Shown here: positions 28,001 through 35,763 of the stretch, in pieces
Layout: every line of letters begins with the position of its first letter
How positions within the stretch are numbered: the first letter of the stretch is position 1
Assembly (NCBI GenBank): GCA_934085825.1
Contig: CAKOHR010000005.1
Span: forward strand, 3,194 to 67,193
Source: an uncultured Bacilli bacterium
GTDB lineage: Bacteria > Bacillota_I > Bacilli_A > RF39 > UBA660
DNA length: 64,000 nucleotides
Reading direction: 5' to 3'
Notes under the pieces: generated by a model
Told to the model about the DNA's origin: nothing
The model's input: only the letters and a program-made list of their open reading frames with translations
The model's database searches: none
Translations under genes and position numbers: made by a program

Positions 28001-28675
28001 TATGCAACTCTTGAAGATGCTAAAAAAATGATGGAAAATAAAGATATCGCAGGTTCTCTTGCTAATCTAAAAGTTTTAAAAGCATCTAATGAAAATGCTA
28101 TTGCAAAGCTAACAAATCCAGAAGCTGAAACTGCATATAAAACATTTAAAATGAATGCAGCAGAAACAGAATCAGAAATGATAACAAGGCTTGCTTCATT
28201 ATCATTGCCTGAAGAAAAAATAAAAGAACTAGTAACAGTTAAATCAACTTATGAATTAAAATTACTTTTAACAGCAAATAATGAAGCAGTTAAAGAAATG
28301 ATAACTAATCTTGAAGATTTAAGTAAATTAATGGATACATTAACAGTAAAACTAGAAGAAGTAAAAGAAATGAAAACAAAAGTAGAATATCTAAATGCTA
28401 GCTTAAATGAAGTAAGTATTGGGCTTACAAAATTATCTGAAGCATCTTCTCAAATTAATGCCGGAGTTAAAAACCTAAATGATGGAGCAATAAAAGTATC
28501 AGATGGTACGCAAGCATTAAATGCTCAAGGTATAAAAACTTCAGTAAATTATACAAATAAAATAGTAACTTTCGGTAATAAACTAGAAAACCTAGTAAAC
28601 TTATCAAAATCTTATAAAGGTTATGCTTCAAATAATGCAGATAATACATTGTTTGTTTATAAACTAAGTAAATAA
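25025..28675 (+). CDS. MMPL-family (RND-like) membrane transporter fused to a YhgE/Pip-like C-terminal region
   Basis: Two 6-TM-type hydrophobic blocks (aa ~170-330 and ~525-680) typical of MMPL. Then a TM/signal-like segment and a long region with LSDGTSSLL..ANGTTKLTQGVDEM..LNDGAIKVSDGTQAL repeats typical of YhgE/Pip. Confidence 0.7.
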   Translation: MKKFAKFIATHSALILIINFLLLVPAIYGYVNTRINYDILVYLPDSVDTIKGENILTDDFGLGAYAFVMVDTSNNKKILDLEKDIKKIEGVNAVLSIADVTDAVIPVDMLPTQVAEKLNKDNETIIMVTFDGGASEDVTINAVRTLREVVGDATKVSSMTSMVIDTMDLSNKEIFVYVTIAVILCLAVLFIATDSYVIPFFLLGNIGFAIIYNMGTNIFLGQISYITQAITAVLQLGVTMDFSIFLYHKYEQAKMDNPNMPKTEAMASAIVATFQSVLGSSLTTFAGFLALCTMDLTLGTDIGIVMAKGVLWGLICVLTLFPALLMVGDKLIDKTKHKVLLPEFKKLQEFSTKHYKGIIATFLILLVPAFYGNNNYDVYYKLDESLPKDLAFNVANSALADKFSIVSPEIILLDKNIKTNDVKELANKLENIEGIDLVLAPSTLMDPAVAMLLPSDLSKMMDNDKYQLVIVNSTYEIASDELASQIKKIDDLVKSYDKNSIIAGEGPLMNDLVTIADHDFKMVNYTSILVIFIIMILVLKQINLPIVLILTIEFAIFCNMSLAFYTNTTLPFIASIVVGTIQLGATIDYAILMSTKYMEERKSIKDKKEAMLKTLSLTVPSIITSALCFFAATFGVAAYTKIDMIGSICDLLSRGAIISMLVVILILPALLMVCDKFIIKNKKEGKNMKKMKTVATTLTIGALTLIPFSASAAKTETIYTNMDYSGNIKKTTISNHIENTKEGEISDNSLLTNILNVNGSENFTQDDTHVTWYAKGKDIFYTGETKQANPINIVTKYYLDGKETKAEDMIGKSGKVKIEISLINNSLLRTNNTFTPYVVAIGSMMDSDTNKNITVTNGKVTDTGTRTMLLAISAPGLYEYTNINEFKNLNKVTIIYETTDFDINDIYMVASPKILSELDLEIFDKLDKFSSSIDTLSSSMDALEEGTKKLSDGTSSLLTNTTVFNEKIKTASDALNKIANGTTKLTQGVDEMYATLEDAKKMMENKDIAGSLANLKVLKASNENAIAKLTNPEAETAYKTFKMNAAETESEMITRLASLSLPEEKIKELVTVKSTYELKLLLTANNEAVKEMITNLEDLSKLMDTLTVKLEEVKEMKTKVEYLNASLNEVSIGLTKLSEASSQINAGVKNLNDGAIKVSDGTQALNAQGIKTSVNYTNKIVTFGNKLENLVNLSKSYKGYASNNADNTLFVYKLSK

Positions 28676-28676
28676 C

Positions 28677-28704
28677 AAAAAGTTCGGATAAAACCGAACT
28701 TTTT
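28677..28704 (+). terminator. Rho-independent terminator
   Basis: AAAAGTTCGG / CCGAACTTTT, 6-nt loop. Confidence 0.7.
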
Positions 28705-28722
28705 AAATATAAAATAAAACTC

Positions 28723-28762
28723 AGCCAAAATGTAAAATGAAAATGAGCCAAAATGTAAAATG
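28723..28762. repeat. Tandem direct repeat, 17-nt core at 23-nt period
   Basis: AGCCAAAATGTAAAATG at 28723-28739 and again at 28746-28762. Confidence 0.8.
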
Positions 28763-28888
28763 GTGTTTATAATAGCTATTTTTTTGGATTAAATATACGT
28801 CGTATCTATTGGTTCGTTAAAAGATTAGTACAAATAAAATAACTCTATATGACATAACTTACAGAGTTTTTAAATACCAATTATTCTT

Positions 28889-29641
28889 TTAAAAGTTTCT
28901 TATAACTACTAAATAAGGAGCTTCTTCATTAATTGTATTTCTATATTCCTTATAACCTATATTATTTTGTTTCAAATAATCCAGAACAACTTTTGCTTCT
29001 AATTTTCCTTCTGGATGTGGATAAAAAACTATTAAAATAAGTCCATTACTATCTAATATATCAAAACTATTTATAACAGCCTTTAAAGTACTTTCATGAT
29101 TCGTAGTAATAGATTTATCTCCACAAGGAAGATAACCTAAATTAAATAAAATCAACTTAATATTATGTTTATATTCCCATAAAACTTCATTAATTTTATC
29201 ATGACTAACACAAAATAATTCATAGTTATAAACATTATTTTCATCAAGTAATTTTATTGTATTTTCTATAGCAATACTTTGAATATCAAACCCAAAAACC
29301 TTCTTAGATAGACCAGCTAAAAATAATGTATCATGACCATTACCCACGGTCATATCTACCACTATATCATTTTTATTAATATTTTCATTACATATTTTCT
29401 TAACAGTATTTAATATACTTCTATTAAATCCCTGAAAAGTTTTTCTTTTTTTAAACTCCCTTTTAATTTCATCATAATATTTACTATTTATTATAATATT
29501 TTCTTTAACATCTTCCAAAATATCACAAAATAAATGAGTATCTATATTATCTCCATAAATATTAACTTCTTTAACTCCTTTAGGTAAATTAACAATTTTT
29601 TCTTTAAAATCAATATCATTATAATTTAAATCTATCTTCAT
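28889..29641 (-). CDS. Class I SAM-dependent methyltransferase (YtqB/rRNA-methylase-like) with an N-terminal extension
   Basis: Motif I VVDMTVGNGHDTLFLA. Confidence 0.6.
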   Translation of the reverse strand: MKIDLNYNDIDFKEKIVNLPKGVKEVNIYGDNIDTHLFCDILEDVKENIIINSKYYDEIKREFKKRKTFQGFNRSILNTVKKICNENINKNDIVVDMTVGNGHDTLFLAGLSKKVFGFDIQSIAIENTIKLLDENNVYNYELFCVSHDKINEVLWEYKHNIKLILFNLGYLPCGDKSITTNHESTLKAVINSFDILDSNGLILIVFYPHPEGKLEAKVVLDYLKQNNIGYKEYRNTINEEAPYLVVIRNF

Positions 29642-29671
29642 AAAATCACTTCAACTATATTCTATCACAGA

Positions 29672-29884
29672 TTACTTATTTTTAATATTTTTTAATTGTT
29701 TATTTAACTTTTTAATTTTCTTTTCATTTTCTTTAATAATATCAATGTTATTTTTAGTTTCATCATTTAACATATTACACCATTTATCATAATTAACATC
29801 ATTATTTTCATTTTTATAAATAGAATATATTATTACTAAACTTATAATTACAATCATAATAACAGCTATTTTAATCATTAACAT
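29672..29884 (-). CDS. Small single-TM protein
   Basis: ORF with an N-terminal TM helix (IAVIMIVIISLVIIYSI) and a Lys-rich tail. Confidence 0.4.
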   Translation of the reverse strand: MLMIKIAVIMIVIISLVIIYSIYKNENNDVNYDKWCNMLNDETKNNIDIIKENEKKIKKLNKQLKNIKNK

Positions 29885-30113
29885 TTTCCCGCTTTCTAAA
29901 TTTCTTTTTTAAATATAAATTAACTTTTTTCTTTAATATCATCTTTTTTTGTACTTTAATTATTTTTCTATGTTTTTCTAAATTAGTATCAAAGTATATA
30001 TCTTCACCATAATATTTTGTATGTTCTTTACTACCATTTTCACTAAGTAAAAAAATCATAACAAAAGATAAAACCCCAACTAAAACAAAGAAAATTAAAG
30101 ATAAAACTTCCAT
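29871..30113 (-). CDS. Small single-TM protein
   Basis: AGGAGG RBS upstream of the ATG. N-terminal TM helix (LSLIFFVLVGVLSFVMIFLL). Confidence 0.45.
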   Translation of the reverse strand: MEVLSLIFFVLVGVLSFVMIFLLSENGSKEHTKYYGEDIYFDTNLEKHRKIIKVQKKMILKKKVNLYLKKKFRKRENVND

Positions 30114-30238
30114 GTATGTATCCTCCTTTTTTATGGGTGCTCATCGATTATAGCAAAATAATAAATCCAAAACAAGTAAGTATTAATATAAATTATTTTT
30201 CTTTACACAAACTTTAAAAATATTAAAGAACTCTATTA

Positions 30239-31027
30239 CTAGAATTCTTTAATAAGCTTTTTCTCAATTAAAGTAATAATTTTATATAGCAAGAAAGAAA
30301 TAATTAAAAGGATTAATATACCAGCCATAACAAGGCTTAAATTAAATACTTGTGTTCCATAAATGATTAGATAACCAATACCAGCACGACTTACTAAAAA
30401 TTCACCCATGATTACACCTATTAAACTCATTGATATACATAATTTCATACTAGAAATAATTGTATTATATGAGCAAGGTACTACAAGTTTAAAAAGAATT
30501 TGCCTTCTAGTTGCACCAAATGACTTAATTAACTTAAGTTTTACTTTATCAGTATTCATAAAACCATTATATATAGTAATAATACTAATAATTAAATTAA
30601 TAAGCAGTGCCATAACAATAACACTTTTCATATTAGCACCCGCAATTATTATAATAAGGGGACCAAGTGCAACTTTAGGAAGTGAATTAAACATTGTCAA
30701 AAATGGGTCAAGAATGTTAGAAAGTATTGGAATTTCATAAAGAATAACAGCAATTATAAAACCTAATAAAGTACCAAGGACAAATGCAATTAAAACTTCT
30801 TCCAACGTAACAAAAATATGATTAAACAAATTATTTTGCACTGTCAGATTAATGATTGTATCTATAATTTTACTAGGTTTTGAAAAGACAAAACTATTTA
30901 TAATATTTTTATTTGCTAAGTATTCCCAAATTCCAAAGAAAGATACAACAATTAATATTTGCGATATAACTACAATTAACTTTCTTCTTTTAATCCTTTT
31001 TAAAAATTTCTTTTGTTCATTAGACAT
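30239..31027 (-). CDS. ABC transporter permease (NitT/TauT-type)
   Basis: Six hydrophobic segments. Overlaps the ATPase gene by 8 nt. Confidence 0.75.
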   Translation of the reverse strand: MSNEQKKFLKRIKRRKLIVVISQILIVVSFFGIWEYLANKNIINSFVFSKPSKIIDTIINLTVQNNLFNHIFVTLEEVLIAFVLGTLLGFIIAVILYEIPILSNILDPFLTMFNSLPKVALGPLIIIIAGANMKSVIVMALLINLIISIITIYNGFMNTDKVKLKLIKSFGATRRQILFKLVVPCSYNTIISSMKLCISMSLIGVIMGEFLVSRAGIGYLIIYGTQVFNLSLVMAGILILLIISFLLYKIITLIEKKLIKEF

Positions 31028-31766
31028 TTTTATCTAAATCCTTCCAAAGTAAGTCATAATAGTAACCAAATTCTTTTGCTTTTCTATTATTAATCGGGGT
31101 AGATTTATTAGTCAAATTTATTTCATAAACACTTTTAATTTTCGCAGGTCTCTTAGATAAAACAATAACTCTATCAGCAATACTAATAGCTTCTGCTAAA
31201 TCATGAGTAATCATAATAACTGATTTTTTTTCTAGCTTAATAATTTTTAAAACATCATCACTAACTGAAAGCCTTGAAACATAATCTAAAGCTGAAAATG
31301 GTTCATCAAGCATCAAAATATCTGGTTTAAGTGCAAGTGTTCTAATTAAAGCAACTCTTTGACGCATACCTCCGGATAACTCATGAGGATATTTTTCCAA
31401 AAAGTCGCCAAGACCATATTTAATAAGTAAACTTTTAACAAATTCAATATTTTCTTTATTTTTTTTCTTCTCAATATCAAGCCCTAAACAAGCATTATCT
31501 AAAATATTTAGCCAAGGGAAAAGTGCATCTTCCTGAAGCATGTAACCAAGTTTAACTCCATCTTTAATGTTTACTTCACCACTAGTTTTAGTATCAAGTC
31601 CCGCTAAAATATTTAAAAGTGTAGATTTACCACAACCACTTGAACCAACAATGCATAAAACTTCCTCATTATCTAAAGCAAAAGAAAGGTCATCTATAGC
31701 TTTTATTTCTCCTTTTATAGTTTGATAATTTTTACTTAAATTTTTAATTTCTAATATTTTATTCAT
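31020..31766 (-). CDS. ABC transporter ATP-binding protein
   Basis: Walker A GSSGCGKST, signature LSGGMRQRV, Walker B ILMLDEPFSALD. Confidence 0.9.
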   Translation of the reverse strand: MNKILEIKNLSKNYQTIKGEIKAIDDLSFALDNEEVLCIVGSSGCGKSTLLNILAGLDTKTSGEVNIKDGVKLGYMLQEDALFPWLNILDNACLGLDIEKKKNKENIEFVKSLLIKYGLGDFLEKYPHELSGGMRQRVALIRTLALKPDILMLDEPFSALDYVSRLSVSDDVLKIIKLEKKSVIMITHDLAEAISIADRVIVLSKRPAKIKSVYEINLTNKSTPINNRKAKEFGYYYDLLWKDLDKNV

Positions 31767-32748
31767 AGAAATTATTAACTAAAACATTGTATGGAACGTA
31801 TTCATCAAGTAAATCAAAATCTATTAAAAAATCCTCTAAGTTAGTAAATAATCCCTCGCTTATATATGGATTAGGTAGCCAAGAGTCATATTCTTTATAT
31901 CTTTTTATCATTTCTGTTAAGTCCTTAACACTTGTATCTGGAAATTGCCCAATTATATCTTTAGCAACAATATCTGATTCATTATCCATTGTATACTTAA
32001 TTCCTTTATTTATTGCATCAGTAAATTTTTTTATTATATCTTCATTATCTTTTATATAACTTTTACGTGCATAAAAAGCTGTATACGGAACTTCGCCAGA
32101 AAGCATGCCAACAGAAGCAACAACATTTCCATAGCCTTGTTTAACTAAAGCTGTTGCATTGGGTTCAAAAAGATTAACAAAATCACCGACACCACCAATA
32201 AATGACCCTGATAAAGCTGAAAACTCAACAGATGTATTAACATTTATTTTACTAGTATCAATATTGTTTTTCTTAAGAGCATTTAAGAAATTTAAAGCTG
32301 GCATCCCAGTGCTTCTACCCACTAAAATTTCCTTATCATATAAATCTTCTAATTTAAAATCTTTAATTTCTTTTCTAGAAACAATAAATTGACCATCTCT
32401 TTTAGTAAGACCTGCAAAAAGTGTCAAGTAATCACTTTCATCTTGTTTATAAACATATATTGCAGACTCAGCACCAGCAAAACCTATTTCTACATCACCA
32501 GATAAAACTGCACTACTAACCTTATCAGCACCAGGTGTAAGAATAAGTTCTAAATCAATACCATTTTCTTTAAAATAACCTTTTTCTATAGCCACATAAA
32601 GTGGACTATAAAATGAACTATGTGTAACCTCAGCAAGTCTAACTTTAGTTAAAGATGTATTTTTATCCTTTTTAAAGCCAAATGCTAGAAACACCACCCC
32701 AAGTAAAATTACCATGCATAATAATCCAATTATAATTCTTTTTTTCAA
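31759..32748 (-). CDS. ABC transporter substrate-binding protein (NMT1/THI5-like)
   Basis: TTG start after GGGAGG. N-terminal signal/anchor segment. YSPLYVAIEKGYFKENGIDLEL is typical of the NMT1/SsuA-like fold. Confidence 0.7.
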   Translation of the reverse strand: MKKRIIIGLLCMVILLGVVFLAFGFKKDKNTSLTKVRLAEVTHSSFYSPLYVAIEKGYFKENGIDLELILTPGADKVSSAVLSGDVEIGFAGAESAIYVYKQDESDYLTLFAGLTKRDGQFIVSRKEIKDFKLEDLYDKEILVGRSTGMPALNFLNALKKNNIDTSKINVNTSVEFSALSGSFIGGVGDFVNLFEPNATALVKQGYGNVVASVGMLSGEVPYTAFYARKSYIKDNEDIIKKFTDAINKGIKYTMDNESDIVAKDIIGQFPDTSVKDLTEMIKRYKEYDSWLPNPYISEGLFTNLEDFLIDFDLLDEYVPYNVLVNNFYE

Positions 32749-32869
32749 AAATAATTCCTCCCTCTAGGGTAATATATGACGATTAAAAAATTTTGATTAT
32801 ATAACTCTGTCAATAGTTTTTGAAAAAATTGGTGTTAAAAAGGTGACATATTTTAAATAAAATGTTAAA

Positions 32870-34075
32870 CTAATTATGTTGTTTTGAGTTATTCATGCAT
32901 AATGCATAAATAATTCTAATTAGTTTAGTAGAACAGACAGTTAAACAAGCGTAGAAATGTTTACCTTCCTGTTTTTTCTTTAAGTAATAAACATATATTG
33001 AATTTTCTTTATCACACTTTGCAGATAAAGTTATAATATTACGACTACAATTAAATAATACTTTTCTAGCATATCTATTTCCTCTTTTAGAAATAGGGCC
33101 ATGATAATTTATACTTTTATCTGATTGAACTATAGTGGGATCAAGACCGCAACTAGCATTAATTTGTTTAATATTATTGAATCTAGTAGTGCCTTTTAAT
33201 TCAGCAATTATCAAAGATGCTGATAATTTCCCAATACCAAATAATGAGTTAATACATTCAAAATCTTTAGTTTTTTTTGCAAGTTCAATCATTTGGCTTT
33301 TAACTTCATCTTTTTGTTTAGTTAAATCAATAATAATATTTGCTAATTGTTTTAAATTATCGACATCTTTAGAATTTTGATTTACTCCTGGGTATGAAGT
33401 AATTGCGTATTCTTTAATAATATTAGCTTTTCTTTTATAGTAATTAAGATGTCTGTTATTTGTATTAACCATATTATAAACAAGTGCATCAACTCTTTTT
33501 TCTTTTATAATATAAGCAAGTGGAAATTCTTTGATAAAGTTTAATGCGGTTAAATCATATATTTTTCCATCCTTAAAACATAATTCAAATTCTGGGAAAC
33601 ATAGATGTAATAATTCTTTATAACGATTTTTATGTCTGTTTAATCCTTCATCTAGATGATAATGCTGCCTAGATAATTCATTTAGCCTAGTATAAATTTC
33701 ATCTTCAGTATAGTTTCTATCTGGGATACTGCCTTTCCAAAATAAATTAGTTAATTTAATACAGTCTTGTTTATCAGTTTTTGTCTTTCTAATAGTATTA
33801 GTAATTTCTTTACCAATAAGAGGATTAAAAACAATAACATGATAATTATTTTCTTTAAAAAATCTTTCTGGTGCTTTGTGATAAATACTGGTTGCTTCCA
33901 TAACAATAGTTAAGTTATCTTTAATGTTAAGTTTATTAATATTATGATCAATCAGTTCAAAATCAGCTTTATTATGGTTATATTCTGTAGGTCCCAATAA
34001 AACTTCACCAACATCTGAAGATAACATAAACATACTTTTCCCTTTAACAACATCAAGTACTAAAACATACTTCAT
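32870..34075 (-). CDS. IS110-family DEDD transposase/recombinase
   Basis: N-terminal VLVLDVVKGKS and VMEATSIYH (DEDD_Tnp_IS110-like). C-terminal LFGIGKLSASLIIAEL...CGLDPTIVQSDKS...ISKRGNRYARKVL (Transposase_20-like). Confidence 0.85.
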   Translation of the reverse strand: MKYVLVLDVVKGKSMFMLSSDVGEVLLGPTEYNHNKADFELIDHNINKLNIKDNLTIVMEATSIYHKAPERFFKENNYHVIVFNPLIGKEITNTIRKTKTDKQDCIKLTNLFWKGSIPDRNYTEDEIYTRLNELSRQHYHLDEGLNRHKNRYKELLHLCFPEFELCFKDGKIYDLTALNFIKEFPLAYIIKEKRVDALVYNMVNTNNRHLNYYKRKANIIKEYAITSYPGVNQNSKDVDNLKQLANIIIDLTKQKDEVKSQMIELAKKTKDFECINSLFGIGKLSASLIIAELKGTTRFNNIKQINASCGLDPTIVQSDKSINYHGPISKRGNRYARKVLFNCSRNIITLSAKCDKENSIYVYYLKKKQEGKHFYACLTVCSTKLIRIIYALCMNNSKQHN

Positions 34076-34247
34076 ATAATACTTTCTTTCTTAGTTTGAC
34101 TCTTAGTGCTTAAAATTATCTTATCATGCTTGTTATATGGATTCAAGACCTTACTTTCTAAGACTAGATTAATAATAAGATAAGAGACGAGCAGTCATAA
34201 AAATGGATTCAAAGCCCCCTGATATAATCTGCCCTAACTCAAACGCG
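34076..34247 (-). ncRNA. Possible IS110 bridge (guide) RNA region in the 5' non-coding end
   Basis: Inference only. The IS110 subgroup encodes its bridge RNA upstream of the recombinase, and this element has the long non-coding end on that side. Confidence 0.3.
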
Positions 34248-34281
34248 TTTTTTAATCTTTCTTACAAGAAAGATTAAAAAA
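34248..34281. repeat. 34-nt perfect palindrome
   Basis: TTTTTTAATCTTTCTT-AC-AAGAAAGATTAAAAAA. A hairpin with built-in A/T runs on either strand. Confidence 0.8.
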
Positions 34282-34318
34282 TATTGTATCATAAACTAAT
34301 GAATTTTTATTTCATTAA

Positions 34319-34347
34319 TTTACATCTTAAAGTATACATGATATAAT
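34319..34347 (+). promoter_or_regulatory. Promoter for 34374..35000
   Basis: TTTACA, 17-nt spacer, TATAAT with a TGn extension. Confidence 0.6.
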
Positions 34348-34373
34348 TATATGTAGAATATGGGAGGTTCATT

Positions 34374-35000
34374 ATGAAAAATGTATATTTAATAAAACAT
34401 TCAGGCCCATTTGTTGATATAAAAAATTATGATGATTATGAAAATGTATTGTGGGAAGATTACAATAGAAATATGATATTATCATCAGTTGGTGAAAAAA
34501 GGGCAGAAGAATTATGCCATATTGAAGAATTAAATAATATTGATAGAATATTTACAAGTAATTCGGTTAGAGCTATAGCAACAGCTAAATATTTAGCAGA
34601 AAAGAATAATATTAAAATTGAATTGGATAAAAGAATTGATGAAAGAATATTTGGCGTAGAAACATTAAATGATTTACCAAAAGATTTTAATAAGTTATCT
34701 TTTGATGATAAGAATTTTAAAATGGAAAAAGGAGAATCATTTAATGAAGTTGATAGTAGATTTATTAATTTTATAAATGATTTATTAGAACAGGATAGTA
34801 ATAAACATGTTTTAGTTATTCATGGATTGATATTACTTTCTTATTTAGAAACTATTTGTGATTTTAGTTTTGACGGAAATACATTTGATATAAAATACAA
34901 AAATAAAGAAATAATTAATGGAAATCTTAAAAGTCCTAGTGTTTATAAAATAATTTATGATGATAATAAAAAAGTTATAGATGTAGATATAATTAGATAG
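34374..35000 (+). CDS. Histidine phosphatase (phosphoglycerate mutase-like) family protein with a non-canonical active-site motif
   Basis: VYLIKHSGP stands in place of the canonical LvRHGeT. Also SNSVRAIATA and VLVIHGLIL. Confidence 0.5.
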   Translation: MKNVYLIKHSGPFVDIKNYDDYENVLWEDYNRNMILSSVGEKRAEELCHIEELNNIDRIFTSNSVRAIATAKYLAEKNNIKIELDKRIDERIFGVETLNDLPKDFNKLSFDDKNFKMEKGESFNEVDSRFINFINDLLEQDSNKHVLVIHGLILLSYLETICDFSFDGNTFDIKYKNKEIINGNLKSPSVYKIIYDDNKKVIDVDIIR

Positions 35001-35219
35001 GAGATGATAGAATGACAATTAAAGAACAATATATAGAATTACAAAAATCGAGAAAAATTCAATCATCTGATATTTTAAAAAACAAAAAAATAATTGCTTG
35101 GGAATTTTTTTAGAAATTATACAAATGTCAGTAATTTAGAAAAAAATTTATCTTTAAATTTTGTTTTATATTTAGCACCATTGAAAACTATAAGAGGAAC
35201 AAATATGGTTTGTTAGCCA

Positions 35220-35634
35220 GTGGGTGAAAATATAGAGATATATGTAGATAATAATTTTGCAACAACAAATCCAGAATTAACAAATATTCAATTACAACAT
35301 TCAGGAATTCGTAGGAGATGGTTTATGGAATTATTTAAGGGAAAATATTTGAAAGTTGTATTTGTTAATTTTTGTTGTCAAAATTTTCCTGGTAATTGTA
35401 TTATTTCATGTAAAAGAGAATCGTTAAGCAAATTAACAAAATAAGAATGAGAAGAATTAGATATTTTAGAAAGAGTTACTAAAAAGTTGATTAATGTAAC
35501 TATGTTTAATGAATAATTTGTATAGAGATAAACAAACACCACATGTTCATTTCCATTTTATTCCTAGATATGATGGAGAAAGAATAATATTAAATAAAAA
35601 ATATAAAGATAGACATTTTGGATATAATATGTGA
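35220..35634 (+). pseudogene. HIT-family (histidine triad) gene, heavily decayed
   Basis: DKQTPHVHFHFIPRYDGE (HxHxHxx triad) at about 35527-35634. Upstream pieces FPGNCIISCKRESLSKLTK*E*EELDILERVTKKLINV are interrupted by in-frame stops and a frameshift. Confidence 0.6.
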
Positions 35635-35763
35635 AAATAAACATTAAGTAAATTTAAGTGTCAAAAGGATATATTTATAAAAGAAGAGAAAATTGAAATA
35701 TTTAATTTAATGAAAAAAGAATTGAATATAAAATTATAAATTTAAAGTTTTGGAGTTGATATT

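Larger units (their letters stand above)
32783..34247 (-). mobile_element. IS110-family insertion sequence (approximate limits)
   Basis: Transposase CDS plus about 170 nt of 5' and about 87 nt of 3' non-coding ends. No terminal inverted repeats, as expected for IS110. Limits are inferred from the end of homology to the 44.0-44.4 kb copy and from the 34248-34281 palindrome. Confidence 0.55.

Noticed and set aside
25216-28751. Numerous 75-101-aa minus-strand ORFs inside the MMPL/YhgE gene.
   Set aside because: They are antisense to a long ORF with clear family features. They are typical shadow ORFs without an RBS.
32808-32823. A 16-nt exact match (TGTCAATAGTTTTTGA) between the palindrome arm at 2287-2302 and the sequence next to the IS110 element. 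It could be a shared IS target or operator.
   Set aside because: In a 64-kb, very AT-rich sequence a rough estimate gives several chance 16-mer matches. No extended similarity exists around either copy.
35220-35444. Track ORF of 74 aa (GENIEIYVDNNF...) treated as an independent gene.
   Set aside because: It reads as the N-terminal part of the decayed HIT gene, whose remaining parts follow in other frames with internal stops.
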